Below, piece by piece: positions 1 through 13,445 of a stretch of DNA of 52,124 nt. Numbering within the stretch: the first letter of the stretch is position 1; each line of letters begins with the position of its first letter. Location of the stretch: assembly GCF_006345805.1 (NCBI RefSeq), contig NW_021833987.1, positions 1 to 52,124 on the forward strand, written 5' to 3'. The notes below the pieces were generated by a model. It was not told the DNA's origin, did no database searches, and was given only the letters and a program-made list of their open reading frames with translations. The position numbers were made by a program, and so were the translations under genes. Origin of the DNA: Octopus sinensis (taxonomy: Eukaryota).

Positions 1-128
1 AACCACATGTTCCGGGTGTTCAGTTCCACTGCGTGGCACATTGGGCAAGTGTCTTCTACTATAGCCTCGGGCAGGACAAAGCCTTTTGAGTGGATTTGGT
101 AGGCGGAAACTGAAAGAAGCCCGTCGTA

Positions 129-172
<44 letters not shown>

Positions 173-376
173 GTGTGTATGTTTGTGTGTCTGTGTTTGT
201 CCCCCTAACATTGCTTGACAACCGATGCTGGTGCTTACGTCCCTGTTACATTAGCGGTTCGGCAAAAGACACCGATAGAATAAGTACTGGGTTTACAAAG
301 CCAATTTGCTCGACTAAAGGTGGTGCTCCAGCATGGCTACAGTCAAATGACTGAAACAAGTAAAAAGAGTAAAGAG

Positions 377-378
<2 letters not shown>
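1..378 (+). mobile_element. SINE family A (5' end cut by window edge)
   Basis: Collinear match to 38861-39281. Confidence 0.9.
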
Positions 379-434
<56 letters not shown>

Positions 435-440
435 CATATA

Positions 441-703
441 CTGCTAAGTTACGCGGACGTAAACAACACCAACATCGGTTGTCAAGCGATGTTGGGGTGG
501 GGGACAAACACACACACACACACACACTCACACTCACACATGCACATACATACGACGGGCTTCTTTCAGTTTCCGTCAACGAAATCCACTCACAAGGCTT
601 TGGTTGGCCCAAGGCTATAGTAGAAAACATTTGCCCGAGGTGTTACGCAGTGGGACTGAACCTGGAACCATGTGGTCGGTAAGCAGGCTGCTTACCACAC
701 TGC

Positions 704-734
<31 letters not shown>

Positions 735-880
735 GACGGGCTTCTTTCAGTTTCCGTCAACCAAATCCATTCACAAGGCTTTGGTTGACCCGAAGCTATA
801 GCAGAAAACACTTACCCGAGGAGCCACGCAGTGGGACTGCACCTGGAACCATGTGGTCGGTAAGCAAGCTGCTTACCACA
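441..880 (-). mobile_element. Two partial SINE family A copies in tandem
   Basis: Reverse-complement matches at about 441-705 and 730-880. Confidence 0.85.
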
Positions 881-899
881 CACACATACGCACACACAC

Positions 900-950
<51 letters not shown>

Positions 951-2039
951 GCGGGGCGAATTGGCGAATGGTCGAATTGGACGAAGCGTTGGAGTGTTTG
1001 AGAAATTGCATAGCAGCAGTATTCGTTTCAGTTCTTTGATTTCCTGAATTCATATTCCAGCGAGGTGAACTTTACCTTTCATCCTTCCCAGATTGATAAA
1101 GTACGAGTCTTGTATAGAATTTATTCTCTCCACCCTCTCTGTCTCCCTCTTTTTGCTTCTCCCTCCCTCCCTCCCTCCCTCCCTCCATCCCTCCCTCTGG
1201 AAACACATCAATTTTAGTCAGATTCTGTAGTGATGGGATCCGCCAGAATTAATAATACCCAAGCACCACTTTATGTAACGACTTCGCCATATCCTTTGAT
1301 GATGGAAAAAGAACTCTAGAAGTAACTGTCTCGATCGCAGTTCAAATCTACAGCAAGACTGGAATGGCACAGCTAATCAATTGCTCAGCTTACGACCCAA
1401 AACTGTTCTTGGAAATTTGTATCAAAGTCTACTTTCTTGCAAATAGTTGGACAAGATCAGAAGTTGAGGACTGAAGGTATTGTGTGTGTGTCATGTGAGA
1501 CACAGTGTTCGCGTATTTATCTCTTCCACTCAATACAGGAAGCCTAGTGCTCTCGAGTTCTCTCAAGACTTGGAAAATAATAAAGGACGAAGGAGAAAAT
1601 GAAAGGCCTAAAACTGTTGGTTGGTTTCAGCACGAAGCAGCACATCCAGATGTTAAGGTATACTTAGCCTAGAGGTCTTGTCTAGATATTCCCATTAATA
1701 CAGCCACCCATAAAGACTTCCGAGGCCCGTGATATGGCCTAAAGCCGTAAAGCTGAGTGTTCCGCTCCGAATTCTGTATTTAAACGGTAGTCAGAGCATA
1801 ACCGCTTCCGATGCCTTTCTCAATGACAAAGAAAACTACAAAAAAAAAAAAAAAAAAAAAAGAATAAATAAAAAACAAAAGAAAAAATAAATACAGAATT
1901 CGCTATAGAATTCGGTGGCTATCTTCAAGATGGTTCAAACATCGAATCACCTGCGTTGTCTTTGACAAAGAGATTTTTATAGCATTCACCATCTGTGAAT
2001 TATTATTCCCTGATTTATACTCGCACAAACATGTATGTG

Positions 2040-2284
2040 TGTGTGTCTGCTTATGGGTGTATGGTAAGGAAATTTGCTTCCCAATCATATGGTTTTGGTT
2101 TTATTTCTACTGAGTGGTACCTTGGGCAAGTGTCTTCTACTATAGCCATGATTAACCAAAAGCTTTGGGTGGATTTGGCATATGGTAACTGAAAGAAGCC
2201 GCCTCTCTATATATATATATGTATATATATATATAATATATATATATTATTCATATATATATATATAATATATATATATATATA

Positions 2285-2318
<34 letters not shown>

Positions 2319-2515
2319 TGTGTGTGTCTTTGTCGCTCACCACCGCTTGACGACTGGTGTTGGTTTGTTTATTTCTTCTCGTAACATAGCGGTTCAACAA
2401 AATAATTACCATAAAAGAAATAAAGTACAGTAGGTGTGTGGGTGGCGATTCGTTCGACTAAAAATCCTACTAGGCGATGTCCCAGCATGGCCACAACCAA
2501 CTGACCGAAACAAAT
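2040..2515 (+). mobile_element. SINE family A, diverged
   Basis: Head, internal microsatellite and tail are all recognisable. Confidence 0.8.
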
Positions 2516-2517
2516 AG

Positions 2518-2550
<33 letters not shown>

Positions 2551-2782
2551 TCAAATCTAATCTTAATTAAGGGCGCTGGAAGTTTCGAGTGGCTTGTAGA
2601 CATTTGACATCTCCTTCTAGCATAAAGGCGTAGGCATTCCAACTCCCTTAATTATAATTATATTTTTATAGTAATATACTTTAAAGTTAATTTTACTGAT
2701 ATGGTTGTTTTTTATATGCTAGTCACTGATATAGTCATTTAATGATTATATCCTCAATTTATAAGTACACACAACATATATA

Positions 2783-2839
<57 letters not shown>

Positions 2840-2997
2840 TATAATATATAGATATATATATATATATACGTATATATATATATGTATAAATATATATATA
2901 TATACATATATATGTATGTAATATTATATATATATTATATGTATGTATATATGTATATAGATATAGATAAATAGATATAGATATGTGGAAATGTGTG

Positions 2998-3059
<62 letters not shown>

Positions 3060-3420
3060 TATTGTTGTGTGTGTGGTGTGTGTGTGTGTGTGTGTGTGTT
3101 TGCGTGTGTGTGGGTGTATGTGTGTGTGTATGTATATATACAGAAATAGGTAGATAGATAGAGATATGTGATATATATAAATATATATGGGGTATATATA
3201 TATGGAGAGGGAGTGTGAAAAAGGGGGAGAGAGAGTGACAGGGAGAAACAGAGAGAGAACTGATTATCAATTGAACACGAAAACAGAAATCAAGAAAAGA
3301 GAGCAAAAGAAAAAGAATGATGGACATGATAAGAAAGGAAAAGTGTGTGAGAGAAAAGCAAAGAGAGAACAGACGCGAAGAGAATGTATATTGGAGAATA
3401 TATACTTAGAGAGAGAGAGA

Positions 3421-3454
<34 letters not shown>

Positions 3455-4161
3455 TAGAGAACATGTGTGTGTGTGTGTGAAAGAGGGAAAGTGAAAGTGA
3501 AACGCAGTTGAGATTAGGCAGTGTAAAGAGACGGGCATTATCACAGAGCGACAGTTTGATTATGCCATAAAAATGGAGTGTGTAACTTTGTTATGTGTGT
3601 GTGCGTGTGTGTGGTGTGTAGGTGTGTGTGTGCATGTGTGTGTGTAGGTGTGGGTGTTTGTGTGTGTGTGTGTGTGAGTGTGTTTCCACATAAAAGTATC
3701 GCAATATCAATAGTGGTCGTCCTTACACGACCGACGGCCTTAGAATGTCACTTAAGGGATTAAGAGACCCGGAATAGAATATCACAATCGTATCTGGATA
3801 TACAAGCATAAAAACAGAAGCACACAGACACACACAGACATACACACACGCATACACACACATAATAATATAGTATGATTGTATGCATATACATACATAC
3901 ATACATACATACATACAAACATACACATATGTGTGTGTGTGCGTGTGTGTGTGTGTATGGTCCCATATCTTGTGGACATTAATATAATATGATATAATAT
4001 AATCTTCAGTGACACCCCTTCACTCACCTAAACACAGTTACATTGGCTCGCACGCGCGCTTGCCCGCACACACACATAAATACACACACATACACATACA
4101 AACACACGCACCTGCACATTTTATGTATTTGCTTGTATATGATAAAGATAATACATATCTA

Positions 4162-4205
<44 letters not shown>

Positions 4206-4941
4206 TACTGCAAAGTAATATTTGAGTGGAATAGACATGCACACACAAATACACACACATACGTACACGCGTACACACACATGCACACATACAAATCTGC
4301 ACAACCCTCAACAAATACATACATATGTACACTCACATGAATGCACACGCTTCTAGTGGAACCTGGCATCATTTTCCTCCGATGCATAATCTAGTTGTTC
4401 ACTTAATAAAGTGTCAATAGATGACTCGTCTACAGACGTGTGTACCCTTAACATAAACTCCAGGCAAATCCAAGGTGACACTCCGCGTGTGCCTGCGTGT
4501 GTGTGAGAGACAACGCTAAGCATTTGAAGCACAGCTACAGTTCATCTCGTATTTTAACTTACGTAGATGAACCTCTTTTACAGACATATGTATCTTGAGT
4601 ATGAACGTGAGACAGGCTCAAGATAACACTGCGTAATAGAGTCGAACCTTTGAAATACGTCTACGGTTGATCTTATGTCGTAGTGTAAGTAGCTGAGCAT
4701 TTTCTCTGATGCTTGTAGCTTTTGCTTAATAAACTGGGCAGATTCAGTTTGACAAGGCGACCTCTTTAACTTTTGATGTCCAATACATCCGATAGGTTTC
4801 AACATACGTTCGGTTCACTCTGTGTCGCTTACGAAGCTTGGGTCAACTCACACGCGCGCGCACACACACATATTGATTTCAAATTTTGCACAAGGCCAGC
4901 AATTTCGAGGGAGGGGATAAGTCAATTATATATGTATATAT

Positions 4942-5245
4942 ATGGCACTTTGGGCAAGTGTCTTCTACTATAGCCCCGGGCCGACCAAACCCTTTGTGAG
5001 TGGATTTGGTGGACGGAAAGTGAAAGAAGCCCGTCGCATATGTTTGTATGTCTGTGTTTGCCTCCCCCTAAAGCAACCGATACTGGTATGTTTACGTCCC
5101 CGTAATTAGCGGTTCGGCAAAAGAGCCCGATAGAATAAGTACTAGGCTTACAAAAAGTAAGTCCTGGGGTCGATTTGCTCGACTAAAGATGGTGCACCAG
5201 CATGGTCGCAGTCAAATGACTGAAACAAATAGAGAAAATAAAAGA
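4942..5245 (+). mobile_element. SINE family A, 5'-truncated
   Basis: Match from TTGGGCAAGTGTCTTCTAC to the tail. Confidence 0.85.
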
Positions 5246-5716
5246 ATATATACATACACATATTTATTTCTGTGCATATACATGCAAATGTATATAGGTA
5301 TGTACTCCATGCCCCTTTTCTTCTTTCTCATTTATATGTACACATACACGCGCAAACGCACACGCGCAAACATGTACACGCATGCACACGAATATAATAT
5401 TAGCTATTTGCAACGGAAGCAGACTATGTAACGCATATTAATATGCACAAAGAACATAACTTGGATGTGTTATTTTAAACGCTTTAGGCTGCGGTAATCG
5501 TCCTGAGAAATTATCTTGCATAAATGTTAAGTGCTGAAAAAGCACAGATTATATCGGCAGACGAAATTTCGTTAGTACCGACTGATGGGACTGTTGATTC
5601 ACGTGATTTCAGTGTAATTTGCGCTTCATCAGCAGCAGACACCCTACCACCGAATGCCATATCGAATATACATAGATACATGCATAAATTGTATGTATGT
5701 ATGTATGTGTATAATA

Positions 5717-5760
<44 letters not shown>

Positions 5761-5825
5761 ATATATATATATATACACACGCATATATATGCATACATAT
5801 ACATATATATATATATGTATATATA

Positions 5826-6226
5826 AGAGGTATTGATATCCAGGAGACCCAAGGTGGCAGGTATGTTTATGTAAGTGCTATAGAAGGACAGTAGTTAAAC
5901 TCTGGGTTCAATAATAATACGAGTGAGGAGTCTAATGCGGGTCTTGTATGAGCATGTATATGTTAAATAAAAAATAAGGGTAATAGAATTATCCATCAAA
6001 CATTAAGAGTATCTATCAAACCTCTTATTTCCCTTTATACTTCCTATTTCCTTCCTTTTCCAACATAACTCCTAATATTGAACTCTACTATTTCCCTCTA
6101 TTTAATCATCGTCTCTGATGAAGGGATATTCCTAATATCCCAAAACAGCTGTAAGACTAAATTTCTCTTTATAAACGTCCTGAAAATTCCACACGGCCTT
6201 AGCTTTGTTGTCTCATTTTATTTAAT
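5826..6226 (+). mobile_element. Non-coding Penelope-like/retrozyme-like insert carrying a hammerhead, inside a TA/CA microsatellite
   Basis: Unique AT-rich block flanked by (TA)n and (CA)n and containing the 6111-6157 hammerhead. The family assignment is inferred from the ribozyme type. Confidence 0.5.
6111..6157 (+). ncRNA. Minimal type I hammerhead ribozyme motif (G12-to-A mutated)
   Basis: GTCT-CTGATGA-A-GGGATATT(CCT)AATATCCC-AAAA-CAGCTG-TA-AGAC. Stems I and II pair and stem III is palindromic; GAAA has become AAAA at a CpG. Confidence 0.8.
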
Positions 6227-6324
6227 ACACACACACACACACACACACGTGTGTGTTGTGTGTGTGTGTATGTAAATATACATATATATATATATATGTA
6301 TGTATGTATGTATACATATATATA

Positions 6325-6369
<45 letters not shown>

Positions 6370-7029
6370 GCATGTAACAATTGATATATATAGAGATAGC
6401 TGGATTAATAAATATGGATATTTAAATATATTGATAAATATAGACATTGAGAAAGATAGATTAGTAGACAGAGATACATAGATAGGTAAAGATATTTATG
6501 AAGCGTAGTATAATTTATAATTGGCTTCGATATTCGTTTTTCTACCAATTTCTGAGAAACGCACGTCTTCTGCATGGTTCTCGAGTTTAACACTTTTCTA
6601 TAATAGTACTATTTTCAATGTTATGCACTCTTTCCATTATATATACCGATGTTTATAACGACATCAAATTTCGTTTGTATCTTGTGGTTATACCTTTCTT
6701 ATCCTCTGCCAGTGTGCGTGTAGGTTGGTGCGTGTAGGTGGGTTCGCGCGCGCGTATACACGTAATAATATTCTACTACAATTGACGTGCAACCGAACAC
6801 CGGCTTTTGAATTCGCTTATTTGTCACATTACTGGCAAATATATCCCCTGGGCAATCCATAATTATAACTGAAACTTGTAATGAAGTCCCAGTTCTTCTC
6901 ACGGAACAACACGAAAGTATCTTTACGAATTTAATTAACTGTTTTTACTGACTCAAACCAACACTTCAGTCTCCAATTCTTTTCACCTTCGTCTCTCGTC
7001 AATCGGCACATGAATTAGAAGATGCATCT

Positions 7030-8400
7030 GATATTTGATAGCTAACCTGGGGTTTTCACATGTACTCTAGTATCTACTAAACGCCATGCTGTTGTTGTTG
7101 TTGTTGCTTTTGCCGTCGTCGTTGCTGTCAGTGTTGTTGTATCCAAGACTTTCACGTCATATCTATATCATCTTCTTTCAAACATAGTGTAACAAGGGTA
7201 AGTTATGTTTGTAAAACAACGCTGATAGATAATCTTAGTCTCAACTGTTGAATAGACACTTCATGTTTGATAGACAATTCTGGTATTCGATAAATAATAG
7301 TAGTGTTAAATAATAACAATTGATAAATAACAGTTTTTGCTTGTTAACTCCTAGTGCTTGAGGAACAGTTCTGATGTTTGACAGATAATCCTAGTGTTTG
7401 ATAGCTAACCAGAGCTTTTAGCATGTACCCTAGTACCTATTAAATGCCATGTTGTTGTTGTATCCAAGGCTTTCTCGTCATATCTATGTCGTCTTCTCTC
7501 AGACATTGTGTATCTAGGACAAGTTCTGTTTGAAAAGACACGCCGATAGCTAATCTTAATCTTAAGAGATACCTCAACTGTTGGATAGACACCACGTGTT
7601 TGATAGATAATTCTGGTGTTTGATTAATAACAGTAGTGTTAAGTGATAACAATTGATAAATAACAGTTTTTGTCTGATAATTCCCAGTATTTGGTGGACA
7701 ACCCTAATGACTGACAGATAATCCTAGTGTTCGATAGATAATCTTAATATTTGATGAATAATCCTAATGTTCGATGGGAACTCTAAATATTTTATGGATA
7801 ATCTTATTATTTGGTGAATAATCATGATGTTTGACGCACAATCTTAATATTTGTTTGATGGATATGTAGTGACGCTAGGTTTTAGACGCCATTTTGTGAT
7901 ATCCATCTGCGCATGTGCAATGTTTGGTGTCTTCCTGTAGGCCTGCCGGAAGTTCCCTGATGCGCATGCGCAGTAATCAGGAGCAGTTAGCCCTTCCCGC
8001 TATTCCAAGCCTCTTGGCTCTTGGGCGGTCGATGAATTAAGACGTGTCCCGACAAGGCTCCGAGCGAAGGGGCGAACCAGACTCGGCGGCCGATGAAGAC
8101 TGTTCTAACCATGGTGGTTTAATCCGACTCTGCTGCTTTCCTAACCCTGGCGTTCACGCTACCGATGAACAGCGATGAAGTATCTCCTTCTGTGAAAATA
8201 ACAAACTATTATTGTTATTTGTTCAGCTATTCGTGTTCCTGCCGTTTTATTCCTTTCTATACATTGTATAGAAATGTGTGAGGCACCCTACAAGTGCAGA
8301 TATCACACAGAGATAGATAACAAAAATCCTACAAATTATCTTAAAATTTGATAGGTAATCTTAATGTTTGATAGATAATTCTAGAGTTTCATAAATAACC
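7030..8400. repeat. Degenerate 20-bp minisatellite (TGTTTGATAGATAATCYTAR) with a ~360-bp tandem duplication
   Basis: 20-bp periodicity at 7700-7860 and 8334-8400. The block starting about 7034 is repeated from about 7397. Confidence 0.75.
7865..8333. mobile_element. Possible solo LTR inserted in a 20-bp minisatellite
   Basis: GC/CpG-rich block with TGTAG...CTACA inverted ends (alternative end at 8292) that interrupts the minisatellite. No clear target-site duplication. Confidence 0.45.
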
Positions 8401-9215
8401 AAAATGATAGTCCTTCTCGTGTTTGACAGACCGTCAAACGGCAGCTTAAAGATACACAGAAAACTTAACGGGTTGACAGACAATCAGACAGACAGACAGA
8501 CTAAGGATTTGCGCTCTTGTCTTAGTATATTTCTCCCCCCACTATATCCATACACATTACATGAATATGAGGAGTAGAAAAACGAAAAGCTGGCGACAGG
8601 TGAAAATTGATGACGGGTGTCTTGGCTATTTATCATTACTCACCTGAAACTAATACCCGAGGGAAAATGGTTGTAATCAAATTCTTTGCCAAATTCACCA
8701 ATATACACTTAGTATCACTGTAACCTATAGGATTTATCGATTTACATCAGTATCATCAGTTCTGGCGCACAACGTCATCATCATCATTGTCATCGTCACC
8801 ACCACCACCACCACCACCACCACCACCGCCGCCGTCGTCGTCATAAACCTATGCTATTCTCATTGAAGCTAATCTCTAACACTGGCCAGTCCCAATATTC
8901 ATTCATTATGACCGTCATCAATAACGTTGTCATTTTCTTCATTATTAACAAGGGCCGCCAAGGGACCTTTAAATAGTGGTTCAATCTGCTAGAAGTAGCA
9001 GCCAAATGCTCTCAAATCATACCCAACTGGCTTAAAAAAAGGTGCGGATGGACATAAGGTTTTAAATGTATGTTTGTCTACTCAATGAGGATGGACCTGG
9101 GGCTAAACTAGCAACAGCATTGATATTGAAGCAACATAAACCACTTCACACACATTCAATACTACCTCACCATCAATATTCTTCACACCACCATCTAACG
9201 TACTACTACAACTAT

Positions 9216-9289
<74 letters not shown>

Positions 9290-9771
9290 TCACCATCATA
9301 ACCCCTATCTCACTGTTAATGCTGTCATCGTTATCAACTCTCATTATTGACACAACCTCCACCAAAACTACCACCACTGCCATTAATCCTCATCACCCCG
9401 AAAACCTACCCCCACCACCACAACTACAACCCCCACCAACACCACCTCATACAACCAATACAACTTTCAGTGCCAAAAAGGAGATTTATTTTCTGAACAA
9501 GTTTTCTATTTATAAGATTTCACACAATATTTTGGCCGCGTTACATCATCATGGCCGCCGACAGTATGGTAATAAACATAGTCATTAATATCATCATCAT
9601 TGTAATCATCATCACCACCACCATCATCATTATCACCTCCATCGCCACCACCTTCATCATCCTCGTTTTTTAAGGTGGTAGGGTGAGATTTGAGGGGAAG
9701 TTTGGCTGCCATTTTTTTTCGTAAGTCCGAATGATGGTTGCTTCGTTGGCTGAAATATTGGTTGAATATGG

Positions 9772-10148
9772 CAGCGGTCAGCAACCTTTTTCTGCACTAC
9801 GGACCGGTTTTATGCAAGACGGTTCTTTTCACGGATCGGGGGAGTCAGGCGCATAACAAAACAATACATATAATTTAATTATCTACATAATTATACAAAC
9901 CAAGTTTGTTTGTACGCTGAAAGCTAATTTCACTAAATACAATTGCTAATATGTTAGGTTTTTTTGTTAGGTGTTTTCAACCAATCTGACCTCCGCCATG
10001 CTTGTTATGTGTATATATAATACATACACAATGCAAACATGCCACGTTGACTGGGACAGTCAATAAAATAGAAATAATATTTTAAAATGTATGCTTTCTG
10101 TGCGGCCCGGTACTACATGATCCGCCGCCCGGTGGTTGGGGATCCATG
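9772..10148. mobile_element. hAT (Charlie-type) non-autonomous MITE
   Basis: Ends CAGCGGTCAGCAACC...GGTTGGGGATCCATG with subterminal CGGACCGG/CGGCCCGG motifs. Confidence 0.65.
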
Positions 10149-13100
10149 GCTGTTAGTGTATTATATATAACCCCTGTTACTTGCTCTTTCTGGCAATTTG
10201 AAAATCCTGTTAATGGCCATATTATAGAGACAAATGTTTTCTACAACCAGTGTCTTCATAAAACCAGAGAAAAAAACCACTTCATGGTCGCTCGAGCGGC
10301 TAGTAATAACAGCCAAATATTCCCAGTATAAGTATAGTTGTATCCAATGTGTCCTTCCTCTTCTCTCTTTAGGACAGCTGAGTGTGGTTTAATGAATATT
10401 TGGCTGCTATGTCTAGCATGTTAAATGATCCCGTTGCAGCACCCATGCTGACTTAATCTTCAGAGTTCACATAAGTGGTGGGAATGTTTCTCTGACTAAA
10501 CAACCTCAAAATGTTTGTGTATATATGCGCGCACTCCACCACACACACACATATAAAAGAATACGCATACATACTCAAGCAAATTTCCAAGCACATTCGT
10601 ATATTAACACACACACATACACATTTATTAACATAGAAACACTCGATCGTATGAACTTTCTTGCACACTAACAAAAACGCATTCATACACACACATACAC
10701 TCACGTACAGATAATAATAGATACATACGTGTTCATACAAATGTAAATTCACACTCACACAAAAACGCTCTTATACACACTCATACTCAGAAACATACAC
10801 TCCTCTCCTACACATTGCTCAAGGAATAACCTTTAAGGCGGGACAGAGTGTTAGGTGTCACAACTAGCCTGGGTAATCTGAATGTCGAGTTCATTGTGTG
10901 ACTCAAGTTAGCGAAATTCCGGTTTCAAATCACACGGAAAGTAAGAAGGCAAACAGCAGGGATTCCTGTTGGCCATTATAAAAATTCAATAGAGTATCAA
11001 GTTGCCACCAGCCTGTAATCAAAAACTTTGAGAAATTGCAATAAGGTCAATCCAAAAATCCATTTCAGTAAAATGAACAAAAGAATACATTCTTTAATTC
11101 ATTTGACTGATTTCAGTCATTTAGAATCTGTGATTTGAGAGGAGATTTGACATCTGTTTCCAGCTGGTCGAGTTACCAGATAAGAAGATCAGCCATTAGC
11201 TCGTGTATTGTTGTTGTTGTTGTTGCTCTTTAGTCCCAGGACAGTTCTCAATGAGCAGACCCAGTGAAAGGCATTCAAGTCGTGACTGTTTTCTCTTTCC
11301 CCCACTCTGTGCAAGGAATCTTGGAACACAATATCCAACGTATTCTTCTCTAAAACAGTTGCGCGTAATTTAAAGGTGATGTAGCTGTTATTTCTGGCAA
11401 CCGAAAGGACATTTTATGGATCATATATAGGGTTGTGGCTCTAGGTTGTGTGAGAATCGTTAGAGCGTGGGATAAAGTTCATAGCGGAGTTTCTTCGGCT
11501 CTTTACGTTCTGAATTTCAACTCAGGTCGGTCAACTTTGACTTCTGTCTTCCAGAGATCGATAAAAAATGGAACAGTCAAGAACTGTGGCTGTTACCATC
11601 GATTTACTCCGCCCCTCAAAACTTTTGGTCATGTGCCCAAATTAGAAAATTCTTATCAATACTTTTAATTATCAACAATACATACAGATAAGGTAGCAAG
11701 CTGACAGAATCGTTACCACGCCGGGTTAAATGCGTTGTCGCCTGTGTACTTGATGACCTCTCGCTTGTGATCATCAATGTGTAATATGTAAGCACTGGGT
11801 TACACGTACAGGTAATGTTAACTCAGTGCATAATCGGGTTATCAGCGATTAAACCAGATGAGAAGGGTTGTCAGGAACTCAGCAGGATAAAAGAAGACCC
11901 ATCAAAGCGCATAACAGAATATGGATGATGGTAATCTCAAAATCACCCTCCTCAAACCGCAATCATAGCGTTTAGTGCAGAGACGAATATAAGGTTGGTG
12001 TCAGGCACGGGTAATTCATCTCATGGAGAGATAAATGCTCGCGTGGGAAAAAATAAGCTGGGTTGTATTTGGGCACTCAGTGAAACCACGTGGAGAACGA
12101 AAACGCTCAAAACAAACCCCTTCTGCCTGACTAGGGGGGGGGGGTTCTTTAACTGGAAAAGTCTAGGCGATATGTTCTGATATAAATTTTTACTGGTCAT
12201 CTTGCTCTTGCTTAATACCGGATATTTAACTAAGGAAACGCAGCGAGTGACACACGTGTCGTACAGGCGTATGTCACGATAATCGAATGATATACACATG
12301 TCTCATCAAATGGCTTTCATCTGACAAGATAAAGCAATTATATGCCTGCATGCATTTATGTATGTGTATGTATGTATGTATGTATGTATGTATGTATGTA
12401 TGTATGTATGTATGTATGTATGTATGTATGCATGTATGTATGTATGTTTGTATGTATGTATGCACAATTAAGTATATATGCTTGCATCACACCATAGAGT
12501 GTAAATATGATGTGACATATTTTCCTGAACATATCCCTATATTTGGTTCGCTCGTATGTTTCTATAGATGTTGACGACGGCTTGCGTGCATGTATGTATA
12601 ATTATATGTGCGCACGTAAACATATCTCTTTACCTGTCCGTTTATCCAGTTCCTTCATATATGCATGTGTGCGTGTATGAGCGTGTGTAAGCGTATCTTT
12701 GATTAATAAGAGTGTTGCTTAGTAATCTTCTTTAGCATAACATAAACAAAACAATTTTATCTTCGTATAAAAAGATAAATGAACGAATCACTTGTAAATA
12801 AGAGGACTTAGTTGTCTTTCATCTTCACACAAAGACGTTTGTTGAGTATGTATGCATGTATGTACGTATGTATATATGTACATACGTATGTATCTATGTA
12901 CGTATGTTCTTGGTTCTCTTTTTAATTTAGAGTAAATTTTGATCAGCTTGTTACTTGGTACCAAGGTTGTGGAGGAAAGCATCTTGATTCGTTCATCATC
13001 CTTTAAATCTTAAGAAGGTCTTGCAGATTTTTATTGTGCCAGATATTGTGCCCATTTGTAGCATATGAATTAAGGTTCAGCGTTCTCTTCTCAAGATCCC

Positions 13101-13413
13101 AAGTTGAGCCATACTTTGCCCATATGTATGTACGTCCATGCTTGTTATACGTATATGTGTATGCTTGCGTATGTATGTATGTATGTATGTATGTATGTAT
13201 GTATGTATGTATGTATGTATGTATGATGTATGTATGTATGTATGTATATGTATGTATGTATGTATGTATGGAAACGCAGCGAGTAACACACGTATGTACG
13301 TGTGTGTGTATGTGTGCGGTGTTTGAGTGGGTATGTGGTTCGCGTGCGCGTGTTTGCGTGTCTGTTTTTATGTGTGTGTCTTTGTGTCTGTGTTTGTCTT
13401 TCCCAACCCAATG

Positions 13414-13445
<32 letters not shown>

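Noticed and set aside
5511-5852. Overlapping ORFs on both strands with protein-like halves
   Set aside because: Their length is inflated by (TA)n, and the unique part has no convincing splice sites or recognisable domain.
7700-7860. Regularly spaced short repeats as a possible CRISPR-like array
   Set aside because: Degenerate head-to-tail 20-bp units without unique spacers, in eukaryotic DNA with no cas genes.
11792-11830. Hairpin GCACTGGGTTA...TAACTCAGTGC as a possible pre-miRNA
   Set aside because: The stem is only about 11-14 bp, too short for Drosha/Dicer processing.
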